Shown: positions 1 to 9,231 of the stretch, one piece after another
Position numbering within the stretch: the stretch's first letter is position 1
How the letters are laid out: each line of letters begins with the position of its first letter
DNA from: an uncultured Clostridium sp.
GTDB lineage: Bacteria; Bacillota; Clostridia; TANB77; CAG-508
DNA: 64,000 nucleotides
Direction: 5' to 3'
Assembly (NCBI GenBank): GCA_946495905.1
Contig: CAMMEP010000001.1
Location: 9,089-73,088 of the forward strand
Notes under the pieces: generated by a model
What the model was told of the DNA's origin: nothing
Database searches by the model: none
What the model saw: only the letters and a program-made list of their open reading frames with translations
Made by a program: the position numbers and the translations under genes

Positions 1-553
1 TTATAAAACTTGGAATGAAGAGAAATATTTTGGTTACTTAAATCAATTTAATTTACCAACTAACAAACTAATTAAAGAGTTTTCAAGTGGAATGAAAATG
101 AAACTAAAAATTGCAACTGCAATTTCTCATGAACCACAAATTTTAATATTAGATGAACCTACAAGTGGACTTGACCCAGTGGTAAGAAGTGAGATTTTAG
201 ATATCTTTAGAAAATACATAGAAGAAGATGAAACAAGATCTATATTATTGTCTACTCATATTACAACAGATTTAGAGCATATTTCTGACTATATTGTATT
301 TATAGAGAAAGGTGAGATTATTTTTAACTTACCAACTACGGATTTATTAGAAAATTATGGAATCATAAAATGCAGTAAAGAAGATTTTGATAAATTAGAT
401 AAAGCAGATTATATCAAATACAAAAAAGAAAAGTATCAGTATGAAGTCTTAACAGATGACAAATACAAGATAAAGCAAAAGTATAATATTGCAATAATTG
501 ATAAACCTTCTATTGAGGAGATTATGTTGTTATATATTAAGGGGGATAAATAA
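1..553 (+). CDS. ABC transporter ATP-binding protein, C-terminal part (5' end upstream of window)
   Basis: The frame is open from position 2 into the listed ORF. The translation contains the ABC signature SSGMKMKL and Walker B ILILDEPTSGLD. A permease gene starts 2 nt downstream. Confidence 0.8.
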   Translation, partial: YKTWNEEKYFGYLNQFNLPTNKLIKEFSSGMKMKLKIATAISHEPQILILDEPTSGLDPVVRSEILDIFRKYIEEDETRSILLSTHITTDLEHISDYIVFIEKGEIIFNLPTTDLLENYGIIKCSKEDFDKLDKADYIKYKKEKYQYEVLTDDKYKIKQKYNIAIIDKPSIEEIMLLYIKGDK

Positions 554-555
554 TT

Positions 556-1236
556 ATGAATATTATTAAAGGATTAATAAAAAAAGATTTGTATAATTTA
601 TCTAGCTATAAAATGTCTTTACTTATAGTTATTATATTTTGTGGAATTGCAATTATAGGTACAGGTAACATTAACTTTGGACCAATATTAATATGCACAA
701 TAATGGGAATGATTTCACTTTCTACATTTAGTTATGATGAAATGTCAAAATCGAATAAATATATTTTAACACTACCAACTAATAGAAAAGAAATAATAAA
801 ATCAAAGTATATTCTAGCAATTGGAGCGACTATATTAGGTGGGATATTAGGGATGGTTCTTACTATAATTATTGCTAACATAATGAATTATTTCAGACCT
901 GAAAATTTAATTAATTTAGATTACGAAAGTTTAATTGTATCTACTGTAGGAGGAATGTTTGGAATATCACTAATTCAAGCAATACAAATACCAAGTATCT
1001 ATAAATGGGGAGCTGAAAAAGGAAGAGTTCAAATGTTTATTTTAGTATTTATTTTAATCCTATTAGTACTTGGAATTGGATATTTGATAATGAATGCAAG
1101 TTTCAATATTAATCTAGAAACTATAGAAAATTTTATGAATCAATATGGATTAATATTACTAGTACTTCTTATGGCGATTATGTACCTTATATCGTATAAA
1201 GTATCAAATAAAATATATAGAAATAAAGAAGAGTAA
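556..1236 (+). CDS. ABC-2 type transporter permease
   Basis: 226-aa protein with multiple hydrophobic helices, coupled to the upstream ABC ATPase. Confidence 0.65.
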   Translation: MNIIKGLIKKDLYNLSSYKMSLLIVIIFCGIAIIGTGNINFGPILICTIMGMISLSTFSYDEMSKSNKYILTLPTNRKEIIKSKYILAIGATILGGILGMVLTIIIANIMNYFRPENLINLDYESLIVSTVGGMFGISLIQAIQIPSIYKWGAEKGRVQMFILVFILILLVLGIGYLIMNASFNINLETIENFMNQYGLILLVLLMAIMYLISYKVSNKIYRNKEE

Positions 1237-1241
1237 TAAAT

Positions 1242-1289
1242 AAAGAGAGGTTGAACTTTAAGAAAATTTTAAAAGTTCAATCTCTCTTT
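1242..1289. terminator. long perfect hairpin, likely bidirectional terminator
   Basis: AAAGAGAGGTTGAACTTT and AAAGTTCAATCTCTCTTT form an 18-bp stem. A T-rich tract follows on both strands. It sits between convergent genes. Confidence 0.55.
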
Positions 1290-1384
1290 ATTATAGAAGA
1301 TAACAAGGTCCTAAGGCACTTAGGATGCAATCTTTGCTTGCTATGTTTGGTCAGGTTCTTATCATTAAGCCTAAAAGTGAATTC

Positions 1385-2830
1385 TTAAACGGACATAATC
1401 CAAATAGATACAGAGCCACCGTTTACACGGAAATCTCCATTACCATTTTCATCAATTTCTATTTTATCTTTTATATTTCCAGTACAATCATAAAAAGTAG
1501 CGCCGGCGAATTTTGTTCCTACATTCATTACTTTATTTCCACCAGGACCATCACTTAGCAAGACAGCAAGTCCTGAATTTTTATGTTCCTCATCACCATC
1601 AAGTGTCCATCCAATAATATTAAAATTATCAAAATAATCTTTTAAATTTCCATAAGCATATTTTTTTCTAATGTATAAAGCAAGATTTAAAAAATCAGAT
1701 TTACTAACAATATTATTATGTGGTATGCCATAATAATCTCCATAAAAGATGCATGGAGTTCCTTGATTTCTAAGCAATATAATAGAATAGGCAAGAGGCT
1801 TAAACCAATCAGGTATCCACGATTCTAGGGATTGACCAGGCTGTGTGTCGTGATTATCAACAAAAGTAATTGCTTTAGCTGAATTTACTTGAACCAAAGT
1901 GCCATTTAAAATATTTCGCATATCATAATTACCACCATTATTAGCGGCATCTAAAAAGTTATAATGTAAAGGTACATCAAATAAACTCATTTCTGAATTT
2001 ACTTCATTTAAATAATTGGTTAGAATATTAATATCTCTTGACCAGTATTCTCCCACAGCAAATAAATCTTTTTGAGCATATTCTCTAAGATTTTCTAACC
2101 ACATTCTGTAAAAATCAGCACGAATATGTTTTACAGCATCTAATCTAAAACCATCTACATTTGTAAAATCTAAATACCATTTTCCCCAATTAGTAAGTTC
2201 TGTTACAACATCCAAATTATTTAAATCAATATCAGCACCCATTAAATAATCGTAATTACCATTTTCAGCATCTACCTGCTTATCCCAATGCTTTCCATAA
2301 AATTTATAAACAGACTTTTTATCATTTTTCTCATCCCAGTCTACTCCATGAAAATGTGTCCAATCCCATTTGAAAGCAGAATATTTATCACCTCTACCAG
2401 GAAAAGTATATTTGGTCCATGCAGATATTAATTTAGCAGGACTAATGGTATTATTTCTATTTGTTGGGTTTTCTTCCACAGCAATGACCTGCTCCAATTC
2501 ATCTGCTCCAAACTTATGATTTAGTACTGTATCGGCAAAAACCTTAATATTGTTCTTGTGCAATGTTTCGATGGCTTCTAAATATTCATCTTTGGTTCCG
2601 TATTTGGTTGAAATACTTCCTTTTTGATCAAACTCACCTAAATCGTATAAGTCATATACAGCATAACCAACGCCATTTATTCCATCTGAAGACTTATAGG
2701 CAGGTGGTAGCCATAAAGATGTTATACCAAGTTCTCCTAATTTTTGTGCATCTTGTTTTACTTTCTTCCATAAACTTGCATCATTTGGCAAATACCATTC
2801 AAAATATTGCATCATTGTTTCGTTATTCAT
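1385..2830 (-). CDS. cytoplasmic alpha-amylase (GH13)
   Basis: 481 aa. N-terminus QYFEWYLPNDASLWKKV, FADTVLNHK and GFRLDAVKHI are hallmarks of Bacillus-type GH13 amylases. No signal peptide. Confidence 0.9.
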   Translation of the reverse strand: MNNETMMQYFEWYLPNDASLWKKVKQDAQKLGELGITSLWLPPAYKSSDGINGVGYAVYDLYDLGEFDQKGSISTKYGTKDEYLEAIETLHKNNIKVFADTVLNHKFGADELEQVIAVEENPTNRNNTISPAKLISAWTKYTFPGRGDKYSAFKWDWTHFHGVDWDEKNDKKSVYKFYGKHWDKQVDAENGNYDYLMGADIDLNNLDVVTELTNWGKWYLDFTNVDGFRLDAVKHIRADFYRMWLENLREYAQKDLFAVGEYWSRDINILTNYLNEVNSEMSLFDVPLHYNFLDAANNGGNYDMRNILNGTLVQVNSAKAITFVDNHDTQPGQSLESWIPDWFKPLAYSIILLRNQGTPCIFYGDYYGIPHNNIVSKSDFLNLALYIRKKYAYGNLKDYFDNFNIIGWTLDGDEEHKNSGLAVLLSDGPGGNKVMNVGTKFAGATFYDCTGNIKDKIEIDENGNGDFRVNGGSVSIWIMSV

Positions 2831-2946
2831 TGTGACTTCACATCCCCTTCTTATTTACTCAGATTATATCATAATACAAAAAATGACGTCAAATTAATAA
2901 TAGTTTTAGATAAAATATACTTGTTAAAAAGAATTTTTTATGATAT

Positions 2947-3010
2947 ATTCCTAATTGGGGACAGGCACCAATTAGGAATATCCGGACAAAAAAGCCTGTC
3001 CCCAATTAGG
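2947..3010. promoter_or_regulatory. paired 19-bp inverted repeats TTCCTAATTGGGGACAGGC / GCCTGTCCCCAATTAGGAA with an alternative partner in between, abutting the RBS of the downstream gene
   Basis: Seen directly. The 3' arm ends 1 nt before the GGAGA RBS. A middle segment CCAATTAGGAA can pair with the 5' arm instead. A related motif recurs at 15793-15821 and 50466-50486. Confidence 0.4.
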
Positions 3011-3021
3011 AAGGAGAAAAA

Positions 3022-3624
3022 ATGAAAGTACTATTTGCAACAACAAATCCTGCGAAAGTAAAGAAGTATAAGGATTTATTAGCAGAAAAAGGCATTGAAT
3101 TAATTACAATAAAAGACTTAGACTTTAAATTACCTATTGACGAAAATGGTAAAGATGCTATTGAAAATGCATATATTAAAGCGAAAACTTACTATGATAG
3201 AACTAAAATTCCTACTATAGGAATGGATAATAATTTGTTTATAGAAGAATTGCCAGAAGAAAAACAACCTGGAACACATGTAAGAAGAATAAACGGAAAA
3301 GAACTAAATGACGAAGAAATGATAGAGTATTATACCAATTTAGTCAAGGAAAATGGTGGAAAATTAACAGCAAAATGGGTTTATGGAATGGTAATTTGCA
3401 GTAGAAAAAGTGTAAATAAGTTTACTTGGAGTAAAGATCATTTCTATTTTGTAGATAAACCATGTGAAAAGCGAAATCCAGGTTATCCATTAGATTCCAT
3501 TTCTGTAATGCCAGAAAGTAATAAATATTGGTTAGAATATCCAGAAGAATATAGGAAACAATATAACGAGAAGGACAATGTAGAAGAAGTAGTTCAGTTT
3601 ATTGTAAATAGTGTAAAGGAATAA
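3022..3624 (+). CDS. Ham1/RdgB-like non-canonical purine NTP pyrophosphatase family protein
   Basis: 200 aa. The N-terminus FATTNPAKVKKY resembles the Ham1 LATGNxGKxxE motif. ENAYIKAK and a PGxxxRR segment lie at family-typical positions. RBS AGGAGA. Confidence 0.5.
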   Translation: MKVLFATTNPAKVKKYKDLLAEKGIELITIKDLDFKLPIDENGKDAIENAYIKAKTYYDRTKIPTIGMDNNLFIEELPEEKQPGTHVRRINGKELNDEEMIEYYTNLVKENGGKLTAKWVYGMVICSRKSVNKFTWSKDHFYFVDKPCEKRNPGYPLDSISVMPESNKYWLEYPEEYRKQYNEKDNVEEVVQFIVNSVKE

Positions 3625-3742
3625 GAATATAATTGTCGAAATTAGAAATTATAATATAATGATAGAGCATGAAATATAATGGATTAATAAATTTAATTAT
3701 TTTCTAACCAGTTTTGTGCCTTGGAAAGGAATGTGAAGAAAC

Positions 3743-4531
3743 ATGAGAGAACTTGCTATGTGTGTTCAAAATAGTAATGAAAATGTGAGTATAGAAGATA
3801 CCATCTATGCCATAAAAAATGCAGGATTTAAAAATGTTTTTGTTCAATGGTATGATAAAGATTGGGAGTTTAGCCAGGAAGAGCAAGTAGCATTATGTAA
3901 AAAATTAGGACTTAATATTATATTTGCTCATTTAGGATACCAGAATATTAATTCTATTTGGGAAGAGGGAGAAGAAGGAGAAAGCCTAATAGAAAGATAT
4001 AAAACAGATATATGGAATTGCAAGCAAAATGGAATATCTTTGGTAATAATGCATTTAACATCAAAAAAAGTAGCACCAATGTATGGAGAAATTGGATTAA
4101 ATAGAATAAGAAAAATTACTGAGTATGCAAAAGAAATTGGAGTAAAAGTAGCGTTTGAGAATACAAGACTTAGAGGATATCTAGAATATGTATTGGGAAA
4201 TATTAAAGATGAGAACGTAGGACTTTGTTTTGATATAGGACATTATCACACACATTTCAATGATGAATTTGACTTTGAATTTTTTAAAGATAGAATATTT
4301 GCAGTACATTTACATGATAATGATAAAACAGGAGACTTACATCTGATGCCATTTGATGGAACAATAGATTGGAAAAATGGCATAAAAAAGTTAAAAGAAA
4401 GTAATTATGATGGGCCAATTACAATGGAGCTATGTTATAGATACGAGTATTTGAAAATGCCAATTGATGAATTTTATGAAAAAGGTTTTGAAGTAGGTAA
4501 AAAGTTACAAAAAATATTTGAAAAAGAATAA
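3743..4531 (+). CDS. sugar phosphate isomerase/epimerase (xylose isomerase-like TIM barrel) family protein
   Basis: 262 aa. The pattern of conserved E, H and D residues (FENT..., DIGHYH..., HLHDND) is typical of AP endonuclease 2 / TIM-barrel isomerases. Start could be 3743 or 3758. Confidence 0.5.
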   Translation: MRELAMCVQNSNENVSIEDTIYAIKNAGFKNVFVQWYDKDWEFSQEEQVALCKKLGLNIIFAHLGYQNINSIWEEGEEGESLIERYKTDIWNCKQNGISLVIMHLTSKKVAPMYGEIGLNRIRKITEYAKEIGVKVAFENTRLRGYLEYVLGNIKDENVGLCFDIGHYHTHFNDEFDFEFFKDRIFAVHLHDNDKTGDLHLMPFDGTIDWKNGIKKLKESNYDGPITMELCYRYEYLKMPIDEFYEKGFEVGKKLQKIFEKE

Positions 4532-4561
4532 GAAATGAATGGTTAGTCAAATTAGTAGGAA

Positions 4562-4599
4562 ATATGACATATATAAAGAATAATATATATGTCATATTT
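4562..4599. promoter_or_regulatory. perfect 16-bp inverted repeat AAATATGACATATATA-N8-TATATATGTCATATTT upstream of the acyl-CoA ligase gene
   Basis: Seen directly. It lies 29 nt upstream of the GGAGG RBS. No T-tract follows, so it is more operator-like than terminator-like. Confidence 0.35.
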
Positions 4600-4627
4600 A
4601 ATGAAATTAAAAAATGGAGGAAAAAGA

Positions 4628-6325
4628 ATGAATAAAGAAGTATTAAAAGTTACAGATTTAAAAGATATGTTAAATAAAACAGGAGAACTTTATGGGGATA
4701 GACCAGGATATAAAATAAAAATAGGTGAAGGAAAATATAAGGTATATACACATAAAGAAATAAGAGACATGATAAATTATTTAGGAACAACACTAATTAG
4801 TTTAGGACTAAAGGATAAAAGAATTGCTGTTATTGGAGAAAATAGATATGAATGGGAGTTAGCATATTTATCAGTTGTTTGCGGTACAGGAATAGTTGTT
4901 CCAATAGACAAATCTTTACCAGCAAATGAGCTAGAAGAAGTAATAGAAAGATCAGAAGTAGAAGCAATATTTTACTCTCAAAAATATGAAGAAATTATTG
5001 AAAAAATAAAATATAGCGAAAAAAATAAATTAAAACATTTAATATCAATGGATTTAGATTCTAACATAGAGGGAATATACTCACAAAAAGAATTAATAGA
5101 AGTTGGTAAAAAACTAATTGAAGAAGGAAACAGAGAATTTTTAGATGCAAAAATAGACCCAGAAGCAATGAACATTATGTTATTTACATCAGGTACAACA
5201 TCAAAATCAAAAGTAGTGGCTTTATGCCACAGAAATCTAGTATCTAACTTAATGGATTTTGCAACTGTACTAGATATTAATTCAAGTGACAGAATGTTAT
5301 CATTTTTACCATTACATCATGTGTTTGAATGCACAGTAGGAATGCTATATTCTTTATATATAGGAGCTGAAAGGTCATTCTGTGAAGGAATTAGACATAT
5401 TACAGAAAATTTAAATGAATACAAAATAACATTTGCTTCCTTTGTTCCTGCTATTTATGAAAGTATGTATAAAACAATCTTAAAAGGTCTTGAAAAAGAA
5501 GGAAAATTAGAGGCTGTTAAAAAATTAATGCAAGAAAACAGAAATAAAACAATGGCAGAAAAGAAAGAAATATTCAAAGATATTCATAATTTATTTGGAG
5601 GATGTGTACGATTATTTGTTAGTGGAGCAGCAGCACTAGACCCAGAAGTAGAAAATGCATTCAGAGACTGGGGTATTAATTTATGCCAAGGATATGGGCT
5701 AACAGAAACATCCCCAGTTATAGGTGTTGAAACAGACGAAAACTTTAGAGTAGGTTCAATAGGAAAGCCACTTCCACATATACAAGCAAAAATAGAAGAT
5801 GCAAATGAAGAAGGTATGGGAGAACTTGTTGTAAAAGGGCCAAACATAATGCTTGGATACTATGGTGATGAGGAGGCAACAAAAGAAGTATTAAATGATG
5901 GATGGTTTGCTACAGGAGATTTAGCAAAAATAGACGAAGATGGATACATATTTATTTGTGGAAGAAAGAAAAGTGTTATTGTTTTAAAGAATGGTAAAAA
6001 TATATTCCCCGAAGAAATGGAGAATCTAGTAAACAAAATAGAAGGAGTAAAAGAATCTTTTATATTTGGAAAGCAACAATCTGAAGATAAAGAGGATATC
6101 AAAATAAATGTAAAAATTATATTTGATAGAGAAATTATGAAAGAAGCATATAAAGTAGAAACAGATGAAGAAATACGTAAAGTTTTATCAGATAAAATAA
6201 AAGATATAAATAGCATAATGCCAAAATATAAAGCAATTAGAGGAATGATAATTTCAGAAGAGCCACTAATTAAAACTACAACAGGTAAAATAAAAAGACA
6301 AGCAAATTTAGATGCGATGGCATAA
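4628..6325 (+). CDS. long-chain fatty acid--CoA ligase (AMP-dependent synthetase/ligase)
   Basis: AMP-binding motif TSGTTSKSKVV, GYGLTET, GWFATGDLA and GRKKSVIVLKNGKNIFPEE. GGAGG RBS before ATG at 4628. The ORF could extend to 4589. Confidence 0.8.
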   Translation: MNKEVLKVTDLKDMLNKTGELYGDRPGYKIKIGEGKYKVYTHKEIRDMINYLGTTLISLGLKDKRIAVIGENRYEWELAYLSVVCGTGIVVPIDKSLPANELEEVIERSEVEAIFYSQKYEEIIEKIKYSEKNKLKHLISMDLDSNIEGIYSQKELIEVGKKLIEEGNREFLDAKIDPEAMNIMLFTSGTTSKSKVVALCHRNLVSNLMDFATVLDINSSDRMLSFLPLHHVFECTVGMLYSLYIGAERSFCEGIRHITENLNEYKITFASFVPAIYESMYKTILKGLEKEGKLEAVKKLMQENRNKTMAEKKEIFKDIHNLFGGCVRLFVSGAAALDPEVENAFRDWGINLCQGYGLTETSPVIGVETDENFRVGSIGKPLPHIQAKIEDANEEGMGELVVKGPNIMLGYYGDEEATKEVLNDGWFATGDLAKIDEDGYIFICGRKKSVIVLKNGKNIFPEEMENLVNKIEGVKESFIFGKQQSEDKEDIKINVKIIFDREIMKEAYKVETDEEIRKVLSDKIKDINSIMPKYKAIRGMIISEEPLIKTTTGKIKRQANLDAMA

Positions 6326-6337
6326 CAAATTAGAGAG

Positions 6338-6374
6338 AAAGCAGGTTATTAGTTGTAAATAACCTGCTTTTATG
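6338..6374 (+). terminator. rho-independent terminator
   Basis: AAAGCAGGTTATT-loop-AATAACCTGCTTT followed by TTTT. Confidence 0.6.
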
Positions 6375-6413
6375 ATACAATACAAAAAATATTAAAAATA
6401 AATGGGGAAATTT

Positions 6414-6959
6414 ATGGAAAAAGATAAAATATTAGGAGTAGTTTTAGGAATATTATATTATTACGTGCTTTCAAAGATTTTTTCATTCTTGATGCTTTTT
6501 GAATTCATAGGAGGAACCATAAGTGGCTTTTCTAAAATATTATTCTTTATCTGCTATATTGTTTTACCAATAGTTATTTTAGCAATGCCAGTTATAATAA
6601 AATTTAAGTATAACAAGAAATTTTATAAAGCAATTTTAGATAGCATTGTATTTGTACTTCTTTATATATCTATTTGGATAACGATATGCTCTTGTATTTC
6701 AGTGTACTTTGAAACATTTTCTACTTACAAATGGAGCAATGAAAACTGGCATCGTTTTAGAGGAGATATGGTTGAAGATTTAGAAGAAAGATATGATTTG
6801 AAAGGCATGACAAAAGATGAAATACATGAACTTTTAGGAAAAGAAGATGGATACTCTGAAGAAGATAATGCAATTAGTTATTATATAGGAGAAGCAATTA
6901 ATTATTATATCTATTTTGATGAAAATGATGTAGTTATATATGCACGACAGTTAGCATGA
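6414..6959 (+). CDS. membrane protein, paralog A of a tandem pair (N-terminal TM helices plus conserved C-terminal KWSNENW...YIYFDENDVV domain)
   Basis: About 45% identical to the next gene over its full length (MEKDKILGVVLGILYY vs MKKDKIFGIILGILYY). Start chosen by alignment with the paralog. Confidence 0.6.
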   Translation: MEKDKILGVVLGILYYYVLSKIFSFLMLFEFIGGTISGFSKILFFICYIVLPIVILAMPVIIKFKYNKKFYKAILDSIVFVLLYISIWITICSCISVYFETFSTYKWSNENWHRFRGDMVEDLEERYDLKGMTKDEIHELLGKEDGYSEEDNAISYYIGEAINYYIYFDENDVVIYARQLA

Positions 6960-7018
6960 GTAAGGAAAAAAGCATCCAGAGCGATGTCTACATATCTATA
7001 AGAAGTAAGGAGTAGCTT

Positions 7019-7591
7019 ATGAAGAAGGATAAAATATTTGGAATAATACTAGGAATATTATATTATGTTCTAAGTGCGATTTTCTATTTTTATTTGTTTA
7101 TTATTGAAGCTTTAGCAGGAAGTATAAGCGATTTCTCAAGCATACTGTTTTATATTTGTTATGCTGTTTTACCAGTTATTCTTTTAGCGATGCCTCTAAT
7201 ATTAAAATTTGCATTTAAAAAGAAATTTTATAAATCTATTATATATAGTATGTTTTCTGTAATTATTTATTTGATTATTTTAGTTATCATGACATTTGGT
7301 ATAAGACAATATTTCAAAACATTTTCAACAGAAAAGTGGAGTAATGAAAATTGGAATAGTTTTAGATATTTAATGATTGACGATTTAGAAGATACATATG
7401 ATTTAGTTGGAATGACGAAAGAAGAAGTACGAGCACTTTTAGGAGAAGAAGATGTAGAACTGGAATGGTTAATTACAGATTATGCAATTGGATATTCTGT
7501 AAGAAATGGATTTATGGATTGGTATTATTACTATATTTATTTAGATGAAAATGATGTGGTTGTACGAGCAGAACTTAATTATTGGGGATAG
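7019..7591 (+). CDS. membrane protein, paralog B of the tandem pair
   Basis: AAGGAG RBS. Same architecture and shared motifs as 6414-6959. Confidence 0.65.
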   Translation: MKKDKIFGIILGILYYVLSAIFYFYLFIIEALAGSISDFSSILFYICYAVLPVILLAMPLILKFAFKKKFYKSIIYSMFSVIIYLIILVIMTFGIRQYFKTFSTEKWSNENWNSFRYLMIDDLEDTYDLVGMTKEEVRALLGEEDVELEWLITDYAIGYSVRNGFMDWYYYYIYLDENDVVVRAELNYWG

Positions 7592-7606
7592 GAATGGAGG
7601 AAAGAT

Positions 7607-8029
7607 ATGGATAGAGTAATAAAGATTGGTTTAGGTATTATGATTAAAGATGGAAATAAAGTTTTACTAGGGCATAGATGCGAAAATTATGGAGATACAG
7701 GAGGAATCTATGAACCAGGAAGTTGGACTTTTCCTGGTGGAAAACAAGAGTATGATGAAACTATGTTTGAAGGAGCAAAAAGAGAAGTAAAAGAAGAAAC
7801 AAATTTAGAAATATCAGAATTGTCAATTTTTGGAGCTACAGATGATATTCAACCAAATAAACATTATATTACGATTCAAATAATTGCTAATAAATTTAGT
7901 GGAGAATTAAAAAATATGGAACCAACAAAACACAGTGAATGGAAATGGTTTGATTTAAATAATTTACCACAAAATTTATATACTCCAACTAGGGAATTTT
8001 TAGAAGAATATATAAAGAATAATAAATAA
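7607..8029 (+). CDS. NUDIX hydrolase
   Basis: Nudix box GGKQEYDETMFEGAKREVKEETNLE. Confidence 0.8.
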   Translation: MDRVIKIGLGIMIKDGNKVLLGHRCENYGDTGGIYEPGSWTFPGGKQEYDETMFEGAKREVKEETNLEISELSIFGATDDIQPNKHYITIQIIANKFSGELKNMEPTKHSEWKWFDLNNLPQNLYTPTREFLEEYIKNNK

Positions 8030-8048
8030 AATGTAAAGGAAGAATGAA

Positions 8049-8459
8049 ATGAAAAAGTTAAATGTAATTTTAGTATATAACAAAGAGGAAGATAAAATAC
8101 TTATGTGCAAAAGAGAAAAAGAACCATACAAAGGAAAATTCAATTTAGTTGGTGGAAAAGTAGAACAAAATGAAGATGAATTACATGCAGCATATAGAGA
8201 GCTACAAGACGAAACAGGAATTACAAATAAAGATATTATTTTAACAAATATTATGAATTTTGAATATAAAATGTCTGATATGGAATTAGAAGTTTATGCA
8301 GGAAAATTAAATAAAGATGTGAATTTAGTAGAAGAAGTAAACAAATTGTATTGGATGGATAGAAAAGAAAATTTTTTTGATATGAACAAGTTTGCAGGAG
8401 AAGGCAATATCGGGCATATGCTAGAACAAGCAGAAATATATAAAGATAAGTTGTTTTAG
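8049..8459 (+). CDS. NUDIX hydrolase
   Basis: Nudix box GGKVEQNEDELHAAYRELQDETGI. Confidence 0.7.
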   Translation: MKKLNVILVYNKEEDKILMCKREKEPYKGKFNLVGGKVEQNEDELHAAYRELQDETGITNKDIILTNIMNFEYKMSDMELEVYAGKLNKDVNLVEEVNKLYWMDRKENFFDMNKFAGEGNIGHMLEQAEIYKDKLF

Positions 8460-8562
8460 GGAGAAAAACTATGAAAAAAAATTCACGTGATTTATATTGA
8501 CAAAAAAGAACAAATGTTTTATACTATTAAATAGTAAACCAAACTGTGAAAGGAAATATAGT

Positions 8563-8949
8563 GTGCAAATTGTCGGTAAAATAAATGTGAATCAATTAGG
8601 TGAATATGCTGAAAAATTAATAACAGATGAAGTTATTTTAACTGAAGAAAGACTATATCAACATATACTTATCTATCATAAACGTGAATATGAAGAACTA
8701 AAAGCACATATAAAGGAAATTATAGAAAAACCAGATTATATTATTAAAGATAACAGACATAATGATACTATGATTTATTTAAAAGAGATAAAAGAAATAA
8801 ATAAAAAAGGTAGAGTTGTTATAAAATTAGCATTAGGAATAGATAAAGAACATAATAAAAATTCTATTATAACAATGATGAAGTTAAACGAAAGAACGTG
8901 GAAACAAACAGTTAGAAATAGAGGAAAAATTATCTGGAAAAAAATATAA
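8563..8949 (+). CDS. hypothetical protein (listed ORF begins at a TTG at 8497 that overlaps its own promoter; a GTG at 8563 with an AAAGGAAA RBS is the likelier start)
   Basis: TTGACA at 8498-8503, a 17-nt spacer and TATACT at 8521-8526 form a good sigma-A promoter inside the 5' end of the listed ORF. I recognise no protein family. Confidence 0.4.
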   Translation: MQIVGKINVNQLGEYAEKLITDEVILTEERLYQHILIYHKREYEELKAHIKEIIEKPDYIIKDNRHNDTMIYLKEIKEINKKGRVVIKLALGIDKEHNKNSIITMMKLNERTWKQTVRNRGKIIWKKI

Positions 8950-9095
8950 AAAGCTAGACAAAAATGAATAAATATAGTATAATTAGAGTACAATAAAGGT
9001 AGGTTATTTGAGGTGGACAAAAGTGCCATCCACACACCTGAATGGTCAAAAGAGATGCAGGATTTGGCACACCTGCCAAATAACCAAACAAGAAA

Positions 9096-9129
9096 GAGGC
9101 TATGTGAAAACATAGTCTCATATTTTTTT
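9096..9129 (+). terminator. rho-independent terminator
   Basis: GAGGCTATG-TGAAAA-CATAGTCTC followed by ATATTTTTTT. Confidence 0.5.
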
Positions 9130-9138
9130 AAAAAACTA

Positions 9139-9195
9139 TTGACAATTGAACAAACATTCAACTATAATATACTAAAGTTGAACAAATACTCAACT
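9139..9195 (+). promoter_or_regulatory. cadC promoter (TTGACA ... TATAAT) with two tandem ArsR/SmtB-type operator palindromes TTGAACAAACATTCAA (9146-9161) and TTGAACAAATACTCAA (9179-9194)
   Basis: Seen directly. The first palindrome sits in the -35/-10 spacer and the second just downstream of the -10. The architecture matches 12-2-12-type metalloregulator operators. Confidence 0.5.
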
Positions 9196-9231
9196 AAAAA
9201 TATAAATAAATCTAAAAGGAGGAAAGTGCAG

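Noticed and set aside
1325-1558. Plus-strand 77-aa ORF overlapping the amylase 3' end, and 2563-2835 / 2807-3025 ORFs
   Set aside because: They overlap the convergent amylase gene or the regulatory palindrome region. There is no RBS and no recognisable product.
5584-6216. Minus-strand ORFs (5584-5847, 5860-6216) inside the acyl-CoA ligase gene, and similar antisense ORFs inside cadA (9961-10233, 10783-11379), uvrB (38109-38702), the histidine kinase and others
   Set aside because: These are shadow ORFs opposite well-supported genes, with no RBS and low-complexity, Ser/Phe/Ile-rich translations typical of AT-rich antisense frames.
9013-9231. Listed 193-aa ORF as a long-N-terminus form of cadC
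   Set aside because: The extension overlaps the cadC promoter, the operator palindromes and an upstream terminator. A strong AGGAGG RBS precedes the internal ATG at 9232, and the 120-aa product matches ArsR/SmtB size.
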